Below, piece by piece: positions 57,022 to 64,000 of a stretch of 64,000 bases of DNA. The number at the start of each line of letters is the position of its first letter. Within the stretch, counting starts at the first letter, position 1. The stretch spans positions 40 to 64,039 of the forward strand of contig JAZQKB010000041.1 of NCBI GenBank assembly GCA_045541975.1, written 5' to 3'. Made by a program: the position numbers and the translations under genes. Below the pieces are notes generated by a model that saw only the letters and a list, made by a program, of their open reading frames with translations, ran no database searches and was not told where the DNA came from. Origin of the DNA: Clostridia bacterium (GTDB lineage: Bacteria; Bacillota; Clostridia; UMGS1840).

Positions 57022-57113
57022 GGAGATGTACCCAAGTGGTTGAAGGGTCCGGATTCGAAATCCGGTAGGTCGGTTTTGCCGGCGCTAGGGTTCAAATCCC
57101 TACATCTCCGCCA
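57022..57113 (+). tRNA. tRNA-Ser(CGA), intact
   Basis: Acceptor GGAGATG/CATCTCC, discriminator G, CCA; anticodon stem CCGGA/TCCGG with loop TTCGAAA; long variable arm GTCGG-TTTTG-CCGGC; T-arm TAGGG-TTCAAAT-CCCTA. Confidence 0.95.
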
Positions 57114-57114
57114 T

Positions 57115-57149
57115 AGCAAGGTTTTGCATAGTCAAAACCTTGCTTTTTT
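57115..57149 (+). terminator. Terminator after tRNA-Ser
   Basis: AGCAAGGTTTTG-CATAGT-CAAAACCTTGCT followed by T5. Confidence 0.9.
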
Positions 57150-57211
57150 ATTTCACCTACTGTTTATTAAATGATACCATATTTGAGTTTTAAAAACAAA
57201 AAATATAGAAC

Positions 57212-57240
57212 AAAGCAGCAGAATTAAATTCTGCTGCTTT
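57212..57240 (-). terminator. Terminator ending the island cargo transcript
   Basis: AAAGCAGCAGAAT-TAA-ATTCTGCTGCTTT, 10 nt past the TIGR04141 stop. Confidence 0.75.
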
Positions 57241-57249
57241 TGGCGATTT

Positions 57250-58845
57250 TTATAATTTTTTTATTAACGCAACCGAACATTTAAAATGCATTCTATCCAA
57301 CTCTTGAGCTGTAAGCATTAAATTTACTTTGCTAAAAAAAGGAAGTTTATCGACTAATGTTGATTCTTTATCATCAATTATTGCATATATAACTTCATAT
57401 TCATTTGAGTTAGGTTTGTCTGAATAATTGAAAACCTCTTCTCCAAATTCGTTTTTTGCTATTTCGGATACTTGTTTTCTAAATTCCTCATCACTTATAA
57501 AGCACTCTGCCGAAATTTTTCCTTGTGCAAATAAATGACTCAGCTGAGCTGATTGTCCTTTGTTTTTTACATGAATAAACTTTTTACCTTTATCAAAAAT
57601 ATCACAAGCTTCTATTTTTTTAGGTCCACCAGCAACGGAAACCAATTTTTGATCCATTAAGCAGTAATTTGGATTTCCATTAGCGACCAATTCATTATAA
57701 CCCTCTTCGTATTCATCCGAAGGACATTCAGGCAAATGAATATCCGAGATTTTAATTTGTGTTCTTATATAATTGTTTACCCTTTCAAAAAAAGAGGTTT
57801 CAACACGATACCATGAACCTGAACACAAAATATAATTTTCTCCTTCATATTCCGTTTGAAATACAAGTGCCGAGTATATACTACAAATAGTAAAAGGTGT
57901 ACCATCAGAATTCATTGCATATAATTTATCTCGTCTCAGCTTCTGATACACATTCGTATTCGGTTTTATTTTGTCTATATATTCTGAAATATTTAGGTTA
58001 AGATTGTAATTATCTTCATCAGATGTCTTTTTTCCCATGCCGGAATAGCAAAAACCTATAATTCTATCCCAATCAGTTGTCTCTGGTGGAGCAATATGTA
58101 AGTGTTCAGTTCTTTTTTCTTCAATAGCTGTAGATAATTCGAAATCTAAAGCTTCTGACAATACCGAATCCCTAACTTCTGCAATATTATCAACCCATTC
58201 AAATCCAATATTCTTATATCTCTCATCATTATATGCAGAATAATACAAATTCAGTTTTTCTTTAAGCTCTGTTAAATCCATAAAAACTGAAACCACTAAA
58301 GAGTCTTTCCCGCTTATATGATTACCATATGTTTCACTATACGGTTCTCCTGTTATGCCTTTCATTATGTCATTTGTTACATTTAATCCGAATTCTTCTT
58401 GAGAAGTACTATAACTCGCTTGTCTTTGAGTAGTCACGACCATATCTTCTATTGTAGCAGCATTAACACTCCTCATTTTGTTAGGATTTATTGTATTCAA
58501 GGCAACTTTTAATCCAAAGTTACGCTCTATATGCTCTTCCTTCAAAAATGAACGACCGTAACCAAATACCACTGCCATTATGCGGTTTTGAATTTTGGCT
58601 AATAGTATAGCTTTATTAGAAGCGTTATCTGAAATATCTATTGAATCTTTTGCCCAAGAATCTAAATAAGGCTTCCATTTAGGGACCTTTCTATTACTGT
58701 CACAGTAATAAATTTCACCAGCCAATGCAAATTCTGATTTTAATTTCGACGAAGAAAGTGTATGCGGTGATTTTAAACAGTCCTTAAAATCGTCAATATA
58801 GTCTTTGATTAAAAATATGGTTAAATTTATAACTTGTTTATCCAT
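57250..58845 (-). CDS. TIGR04141 / DUF6119 'sporadically distributed' protein
   Basis: LTIFLIK, AVVFGYGR..L, FGLKVALN, QRQAS, IEACD..HVK..S.QLSHLFAQG..SA. Confidence 0.8.
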   Translation of the reverse strand: MDKQVINLTIFLIKDYIDDFKDCLKSPHTLSSSKLKSEFALAGEIYYCDSNRKVPKWKPYLDSWAKDSIDISDNASNKAILLAKIQNRIMAVVFGYGRSFLKEEHIERNFGLKVALNTINPNKMRSVNAATIEDMVVTTQRQASYSTSQEEFGLNVTNDIMKGITGEPYSETYGNHISGKDSLVVSVFMDLTELKEKLNLYYSAYNDERYKNIGFEWVDNIAEVRDSVLSEALDFELSTAIEEKRTEHLHIAPPETTDWDRIIGFCYSGMGKKTSDEDNYNLNLNISEYIDKIKPNTNVYQKLRRDKLYAMNSDGTPFTICSIYSALVFQTEYEGENYILCSGSWYRVETSFFERVNNYIRTQIKISDIHLPECPSDEYEEGYNELVANGNPNYCLMDQKLVSVAGGPKKIEACDIFDKGKKFIHVKNKGQSAQLSHLFAQGKISAECFISDEEFRKQVSEIAKNEFGEEVFNYSDKPNSNEYEVIYAIIDDKESTLVDKLPFFSKVNLMLTAQELDRMHFKCSVALIKKL

Positions 58846-58925
58846 TTTTCCTCCTAACCATTTATCTCTTGAAATAAGATTTGTTAAGTTATTCTTTCGT
58901 GCTATCCCGCTATATTTTCGTCTTA

Positions 58926-59426
58926 TTAGTATGATTCATACAATTCGTCAAATAAACTAAAAGCTACAATCTTAGCAGTATTAAAATCTAAAATCTTCTT
59001 GCCCTGATAATCCCATATAAATTGACCTTTGAAAGCAACGCCCCAACCCGAGCCAAACTTACTCCTCATAATGGTTATGTATTCTCCTTTATACTTCAAT
59101 GTATAATTGCCATTTTCAGGCTTTAGAATCCACTTTTGTTTCATAAAATTTTTTCTTCGATTGGTACGATTTCTTAAGCCTTTTTCAATCTCAGTTGGAG
59201 AAACATACCCCTCTATCATTTTGGATGCACAATCGCAGCCAACATGTATTTCCCCTACATAGTCAGGATGCTTTAGTATGTGCACATATCTTATTTTTTC
59301 TTGGTCGCACATCTCACAACTTTCGTAAGGGATAGGGTCCCCTTCACATACATCTTCACCTAAATCTATTACTCCAACGTATTCCCAACCTTTATGAGGG
59401 ATACCTTCTTTGCTCCATCTCGACAT
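58926..59426 (-). CDS. Uncharacterised protein with a putative Zn-binding motif
   Basis: CEMC...IRYVHILKH...VGCDCA; RBS GGTGAG. Confidence 0.7.
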   Translation of the reverse strand: MSRWSKEGIPHKGWEYVGVIDLGEDVCEGDPIPYESCEMCDQEKIRYVHILKHPDYVGEIHVGCDCASKMIEGYVSPTEIEKGLRNRTNRRKNFMKQKWILKPENGNYTLKYKGEYITIMRSKFGSGWGVAFKGQFIWDYQGKKILDFNTAKIVAFSLFDELYESY

Positions 59427-59441
59427 ATGCTCACCACCAAA

Positions 59442-59792
59442 TTATATTTTTTCGCTCCATTCACTTTCTTTAAATCCAACTAAAACAACATCTTCGCCAA
59501 TTACAAGTGGACGTTTTACGAGCATTCCGTCTGTTGAGAGCAACTTTAACTGTTCTTCTTCAGACATAGCAGGAAGCTTGTCCTTCAGTTCCATTGACTT
59601 ATATAAAAGCCCGGATGTGTTAAAGAATTTCTTTAACGGAAGTCCGCTCATTTTATGCCATTCTGATAACTCTTCAAAACACGGATTATCTTCTTTTATA
59701 TCACGCAGATCATATTCTATTTTATTGTCATCTAGCCATTTCTTTGCCTTTTGACAGGTTGTACATTTTGGATAACAAATAAATTTAAGCAT
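59442..59792 (-). CDS. ArsC/Spx family (arsenate reductase-like) protein
   Basis: YPKCTTCQKA, FFNTSG, MLVKRP. Confidence 0.92.
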   Translation of the reverse strand: MLKFICYPKCTTCQKAKKWLDDNKIEYDLRDIKEDNPCFEELSEWHKMSGLPLKKFFNTSGLLYKSMELKDKLPAMSEEEQLKLLSTDGMLVKRPLVIGEDVVLVGFKESEWSEKI

Positions 59793-59850
59793 AGTTATTC
59801 CTCTATCACAAGTTATAGTTTTATTTCTTTTTTAAATCAAAAGATTGCTT

Positions 59851-60435
59851 TTAATTACCAAACTTTGTTCCCAATTCAATTATAGTTTTCATACTTTCTG
59901 GGTTTTTTATGAGTTCGGGTAGAATTTGCGCTAATAATTGCTGATTAGATTGTTCTTGGGTAGAAATGTTTTGCTGATCCTTTTGAGTTTCAAGTGAATT
60001 AGCTACACTTTGAAGCTGCATCTTTCTCAACATTTCTTCCTCGTGTATTTTTTCAGATAAGCCATTAGGACAATATGCTTGTTTAATATCATCCCAATGA
60101 ATATTTTTTAAATTCAAAGCTTTTGCTATTTCTTCAAGAAGTTTTAAGTGCTTGTCGGCCGTATTGGGATTCATTTCTGGACTTTTAGCAGCTTCGTTTA
60201 AGAAGTCATTATATGCACGTCTAACATTATCATCTTTATAAAATATTACATCTATTGAATTTAAGGCATGGACACTGGGTTCAGCTACAATCCAATATCT
60301 GTATGACATTAGCGTTTCAAAAATTTTCATCTTACTATTACGTATAGCAACTTTACCTTGCCACCATATAGTAATTAAAGTCGCCAACAAACCTGATATC
60401 AACGCTGTGGCAACCAACATAATTATTTCACTCAT
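59851..60435 (-). CDS. DUF6680-like protein with N-terminal TM helix
   Basis: IFETLMSYR, VHALNSIDVIFY, LLEEIAKAL. Confidence 0.65.
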   Translation of the reverse strand: MSEIIMLVATALISGLLATLITIWWQGKVAIRNSKMKIFETLMSYRYWIVAEPSVHALNSIDVIFYKDDNVRRAYNDFLNEAAKSPEMNPNTADKHLKLLEEIAKALNLKNIHWDDIKQAYCPNGLSEKIHEEEMLRKMQLQSVANSLETQKDQQNISTQEQSNQQLLAQILPELIKNPESMKTIIELGTKFGN

Positions 60436-60505
60436 TTAAAATTCCTCCATTCATCGTTTGTAACTTATATTTATAAGTAGTAAATTTTTTTCACAGCAAC
60501 ACAAA

Positions 60506-61246
60506 TTATTTGCCATTATATAATTCGTCATAGAAAGATAATTTAGATTTGTATTCTGATTTCATATTGCTATCAAAATAAACAACTTGAATTCTCTTTT
60601 TATCCCCATCTAGCAGTTCGAATGTAGGTACTTTTGAAAAGTTGAACCTAGTTTTATCAGGATTTTTTCCAGCCTTTAAAACTCGTTCTTTATAGTGCGG
60701 CTCTAACACACCATTGGGCATACACATAATTGAAATAGTCAAAATATCGAGATTTTCCTTTTCGTACAAAATTGTAACGAAATATGAAAGACAAATCTTT
60801 TCATCATCTTTACCCTCGTTATAAACATACGGCAAAGACGGAATATATGGTCTAAGACCTCCATTTACAGCAATATTTCCTTTATAACTATTTTGATTTT
60901 TGCCAACAAATATACTTGTTTTGTAATCGCCGATATTATCTGTCTGCACTGTCTTTAAATCAATATGTATATATGCATCCTCTACTTCAAAAAATAAATC
61001 TGCTCCAACAGGAGATGAATTGGGTTGACCTATTCCTTTGCCGTTTAGAAGTGCATATACAATTCGTTCAGCACCTACAGCAAAATCAGATATCCCAGAT
61101 GCGTAATATCCATACCAATCATCTTTGATTTTCTCCTTAGTCTTAAATCCAAGCATCATTTCATCTTCTGCAAACTTTAAAAAATGATAGTATTTCATTA
61201 AATACTTATATTCCAATTCTTCAACTTGTTTCATTGTGTATTTCAT
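60506..61246 (-). CDS. Type II restriction endonuclease, BglI/SfiI-like PD-(D/E)xK fold
   Basis: VGAERIV, PVGAD..HIDLKTV, GKNQNS, PSLPYVY, CMPNG, AGKN are collinear with motifs I recall from BglI. Starts 1 nt after the MTase stop. Confidence 0.7.
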   Translation of the reverse strand: MKYTMKQVEELEYKYLMKYYHFLKFAEDEMMLGFKTKEKIKDDWYGYYASGISDFAVGAERIVYALLNGKGIGQPNSSPVGADLFFEVEDAYIHIDLKTVQTDNIGDYKTSIFVGKNQNSYKGNIAVNGGLRPYIPSLPYVYNEGKDDEKICLSYFVTILYEKENLDILTISIMCMPNGVLEPHYKERVLKAGKNPDKTRFNFSKVPTFELLDGDKKRIQVVYFDSNMKSEYKSKLSFYDELYNGK

Positions 61247-61247
61247 A

Positions 61248-62783
61248 TTACTTCTTCTCCTTCTTTAGTATCTCAGCCTTAATCCCATCAGCAATTTTTT
61301 CTGCCAATTTCACAGGAACAGCATTGCCAATTTGTGTGTACATTTTGTTTAAGCTTCCTTCAAACTCATAAGAAACAGGGAAACATTGAAGTATCGCACA
61401 TTCTCTAGCACTAAGTCTCCTCTTTTTGTTTACATGGATTTCAGGACTTGTTGCTGTTATAGTGTCACTTGGTCTGTCCCAGTTTGTGATTCTCAAAGAT
61501 TGTTCAAATTTAATCTCTTTTTCAACTAGTGTAGTGACAGCTTTATCATATCTATCATCAAATCCCAAAATTTTCTTTAATTCCCACCAATCTTCAGGAC
61601 TAGGAATGCTTCCTGAATTATTATCCTTTCTAAACCAATGCCCAGCTGTGTACGAGTAACCAAAATGTTCATCTACCTTTTTGGTAGTCCAACCTGCCTT
61701 ATCTCTCCAGTATCTTAAATAATCACAAATATCATGTTGGTTGACTTCATATTTTCTGCCCCAAAATGTATCTGCAACATTTTCAGATGCAATATGGTTT
61801 TTTATGACAATACTTTCAAAATTCTCAGGAATGCCTAATATATCATAGAACTCTTCTGCGTCTTCTATGTTTGTTTTCTCAATATGCTTTTCTATATCCT
61901 TTTTAGTGATAACATGAGATTTGTTAGAAATTTTAACATTGGAAAGAAAACCAATTGCTTGTTCAGTAGTTAATGCCGGTTTTAAATCCTTGTTCGGATT
62001 CTCTTCTGTATCAAGATAATGAGTTTTTGTCGGATATGGGTTTTCTGCACCTATACAATTTCCGATAATAACAACACGTTCTCTTGCTTGCGGAACACCA
62101 TATTCGGCAGCATTTAAAATACGTGCTTCGACTTTGTATCCCAATTGCTCAAAGTCTTTTTTTATCATCTCAAAAACTTTTCCTTTTTCTATAGATAAAA
62201 TGCCCTTTACATTTTCAGCAACAAAGAATTTAGGAGTTTTATCTTTTATTATTCTAAGCATTTCCCTATATAAGAAATTACGCTTATCTTCCATCGATCT
62301 TTTTGTATTTGCCACAGAAAAACCTTGACAGGGGAAACCACCAATTATGACATCGGCACCATTAGGAATATCGTCACTAGAAATCTTGGTAATATCCCCA
62401 TATATCATATGCTTACCTATATTCTTTCTATAGGAATCAACCGCTTCTTTGAAGAAATCATTTGCCCAAATAATTTCAAATCCTGATTTGATAAACCCCA
62501 AATCCATTCCACCTGCTCCAGAAAAAAGCGATACAACTTTCAATTTATCAAGGGAATTGACTACTTCGTACTCTTCGTTTTCATCCTTCACTAGTTCAAC
62601 GATATCTCCAATATCACAATCAAGCACTTGACATATTTTCATCAAAACATCAGGACTTAGCATTTCTTCTTTCCCAATTTTTGCTAAAGTACTTGAGCTG
62701 ATTTTGGCGCGTTCCCTTAATTCAGTTTTAGTCATATGACTGTCAATAAGGCGTTTTAACAACTTGTTATAATTAGCTTTCAC
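61248..62783 (-). CDS. m5C DNA methyltransferase with N-terminal XRE/Cro HTH and a second HTH-like insert in the variable region
   Basis: Motifs I SLFSGAGG, IV GGFPCQGFS, VI ENVKG, VIII YGVPQARER, IX RRLSARE, X QIGNAVP; N-terminal YNKLLKRLIDSHMTKTELRERAKISSSTLAKI. GTG start. Confidence 0.93.
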   Translation of the reverse strand: MKANYNKLLKRLIDSHMTKTELRERAKISSSTLAKIGKEEMLSPDVLMKICQVLDCDIGDIVELVKDENEEYEVVNSLDKLKVVSLFSGAGGMDLGFIKSGFEIIWANDFFKEAVDSYRKNIGKHMIYGDITKISSDDIPNGADVIIGGFPCQGFSVANTKRSMEDKRNFLYREMLRIIKDKTPKFFVAENVKGILSIEKGKVFEMIKKDFEQLGYKVEARILNAAEYGVPQARERVVIIGNCIGAENPYPTKTHYLDTEENPNKDLKPALTTEQAIGFLSNVKISNKSHVITKKDIEKHIEKTNIEDAEEFYDILGIPENFESIVIKNHIASENVADTFWGRKYEVNQHDICDYLRYWRDKAGWTTKKVDEHFGYSYTAGHWFRKDNNSGSIPSPEDWWELKKILGFDDRYDKAVTTLVEKEIKFEQSLRITNWDRPSDTITATSPEIHVNKKRRLSARECAILQCFPVSYEFEGSLNKMYTQIGNAVPVKLAEKIADGIKAEILKKEKK

Positions 62784-62827
62784 GACTTCCTCCTAAAAGT
62801 ATCATACACATATAAAAATACTATTAT

Positions 62828-62856
62828 ATTATAATACATTTTTCGTCAAAAGTCAA
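62828..62856 (-). promoter_or_regulatory. sigmaA promoter of the MTase-REase operon
   Basis: TTGACT-17 bp-TATAAT. Confidence 0.75.
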
Positions 62857-62930
62857 ACATAATCTTCGAAGCACGAAATAAAATGTTTAGTGCATTCAAA
62901 CTAAAGATGATGTAAAAATTAACCAAGCAA

Positions 62931-63467
62931 TCATCTTCTGACGATTGCTTGGTTGAGTATCGGTTTCAATCTGCTATCCTTGGGGTAGTTATATATAAAA
63001 TCATCTGTAAGCATAAATTCGAGGAGCCATTGTTTTGGCACAATGCTTACGTTGCTGTTGAGTTTCACTACCTTAAGTTTTCCTGCTGATGTCCATTTGC
63101 AAACACAACCTCTTGCACGGCCTGTTATCTTTGCTATATCATCATAACTCAGAGCATCGGGATATTCGCTCATTCTCTCTTTAAACAATTCTTTTAATTT
63201 TTTCTTGTTAAACTTTATTCTCTCTACTTCTGCTTGCGGTTTTCTTTTGAACACACCAGGCGGAATATCGGGGGATATTCCGCTTTTGATGTACGCCACT
63301 ACATCTTTGGTGCGTATCTTATACCTCCATGTGACTGAGTCCCGAATTTCGCACGGGATGTATCCGTTTTGCAGTAGATATGCCAATCGCCGCTTTGACA
63401 TATGCAATTCTATGCGGACATTGTCCATGCTTATAAATTCTCCGTATGTATGAGCGTTAATCTTCAT
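62931..63467 (-). CDS. Tandem excisionase-like (HTH_17/MerR-type) DNA-binding protein
   Basis: Two repeats: EFISMDNVRIELHMSKRRLAYLLQNGYI..RYKIRTKDV and DALSYDDIAKITG..V.KW..GKL..IVPKQWL. Overlaps the integrase stop. Confidence 0.7.
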   Translation of the reverse strand: MKINAHTYGEFISMDNVRIELHMSKRRLAYLLQNGYIPCEIRDSVTWRYKIRTKDVVAYIKSGISPDIPPGVFKRKPQAEVERIKFNKKKLKELFKERMSEYPDALSYDDIAKITGRARGCVCKWTSAGKLKVVKLNSNVSIVPKQWLLEFMLTDDFIYNYPKDSRLKPILNQAIVRR

Positions 63468-63999
63468 TTCCAATCACCTTCGCCATCATTTCTGCCGACT
63501 GCAGTTTGGTATCGTATTCTAAGTGGGCATAGATGTTTGCCGTTGTTGAGAAGTCTGAGTGCCCGAGCCAGTCTTGTATTTGCTTCATAGATATGCCGTT
63601 TGCCAAGAGAAGCGAAGCACATGTGTGTCTTAGGTCGTGGAATCTAATCCTTTTTAAGCCATGCTCTTCCAACAGATGCCTGAAGTGATCTGTAACGAAG
63701 TTCGGCTTTATTATTCCGCCGAGGGGGTCCACACACACATAATCCTTATACTCTCTTGAATAAGAGCTTCCGAACAATTTCATATATTCCTCTTGCTTTG
63801 CCTTGTGTTCAAGAAGAATTTTCTCTACCGCAGGTATGAGAGGCATCGTTCTTCGGCTTGACTTATTTTTCATTGTGTCATATCCCACAATCTGAGTACC
63901 GCCATCTTCGTTTTCCTCTTGCATTACCTTATGCCTTATATTAATTCGCTTTGCATCGAAGTCTATGTTGCTCCACTTAACACCGATTACCTCGCTCCG
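63457..63999 (-). CDS. Tyrosine recombinase/integrase, C-terminal catalytic domain (5'-partial)
   Basis: Frame is open to the window edge: RSEVIGVKWSNIDF (box I R), RFHDLRHTCAS (HxxR), LGHSDFSTTANIYAH (H/Y). Confidence 0.95.
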   Translation of the reverse strand, partial: RSEVIGVKWSNIDFDAKRINIRHKVMQEENEDGGTQIVGYDTMKNKSSRRTMPLIPAVEKILLEHKAKQEEYMKLFGSSYSREYKDYVCVDPLGGIIKPNFVTDHFRHLLEEHGLKRIRFHDLRHTCASLLLANGISMKQIQDWLGHSDFSTTANIYAHLEYDTKLQSAEMMAKVIGNED

Positions 64000-64000
64000 T

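Larger units (their letters stand above)
56878..64000. mobile_element. Tyrosine-integrase genomic island inserted in tRNA-Ser(CGA), carrying R-M and candidate defence cargo (continues right of the window)
   Basis: Broken tRNA at the left boundary; AGTTCCCAAA direct repeats; low GC (spot counts 18/60, 22/60, 19/60 at lines 57301, 60601, 61801 versus 30/60 at line 47521); integrase and excisionase-like genes at the right. Confidence 0.8.

Noticed and set aside
56812-57174. 120-aa ORF from the track
   Set aside because: It overlaps the tRNA half, the att region and the intact tRNA-Ser, and has no protein-like features.
528-63590. Many short antisense or alternate-frame ORFs in the track (e.g. 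1085-1567, 26826-27341, 41963-42400, 47461-48054)
   Set aside because: They are shadows of long, family-assignable genes, with no RBS or motifs.

Overview
64 kb from a sporulating Clostridia-type Bacillota chromosome (spoIIID, SLH proteins, sigmaA promoters, standard code 11), bounded by two integrative elements at tRNA genes. Left edge (1-440): C-terminal end of a TnpX/DUF4368-type large serine recombinase abutting the 3' end of tRNA-Pro(CGG). 0.6-8.7 kb: housekeeping minus-strand run (comF, AEC transporter, holA, comEC, mgsA, minD, vanZ-family, TIGR01440, queT with a preQ1-I-like riboswitch, spoIIID). 8.7-41.7 kb: a 33-kb Gram-positive polysaccharide-utilisation locus. One arm has a YesM/YesN-like two-component system and a cytoplasmic DUF4091/GH123-like hydrolase. 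The other arm is a ~27-kb operon with an ABC importer, three GH141-like beta-helix enzymes, a non-catalytic multi-CBM protein, a mini-ORF, an SLH-anchored scaffold-like protein and an S-layer-type protein. These proteins share unannotated modules but have no dockerins, and most genes are separated by U-less stem-loops. 41.8-56.8 kb: accessory small genes, including pnuC under an unrecognised attenuator-type leader, lipoproteins and a split YdjG/H/I-like envelope-stress module. 56.8-64 kb: an AT-rich tyrosine-integrase island. It begins in the anticodon loop of a broken tRNA-Ser(CGA), is followed at once by an unrelated intact tRNA-Ser(CGA), and carries a BglI/SfiI-like endonuclease, a double-HTH m5C methyltransferase, a TIGR04141/DUF6119 protein and other uncharacterised cargo. 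Top leads: (1) a tRNA-breaking/tRNA-replacing defence island; (2) a possible dockerin-independent surface enzyme assembly; (3) a candidate new riboswitch upstream of pnuC. All family assignments are from motif recognition by eye; no searches were run.
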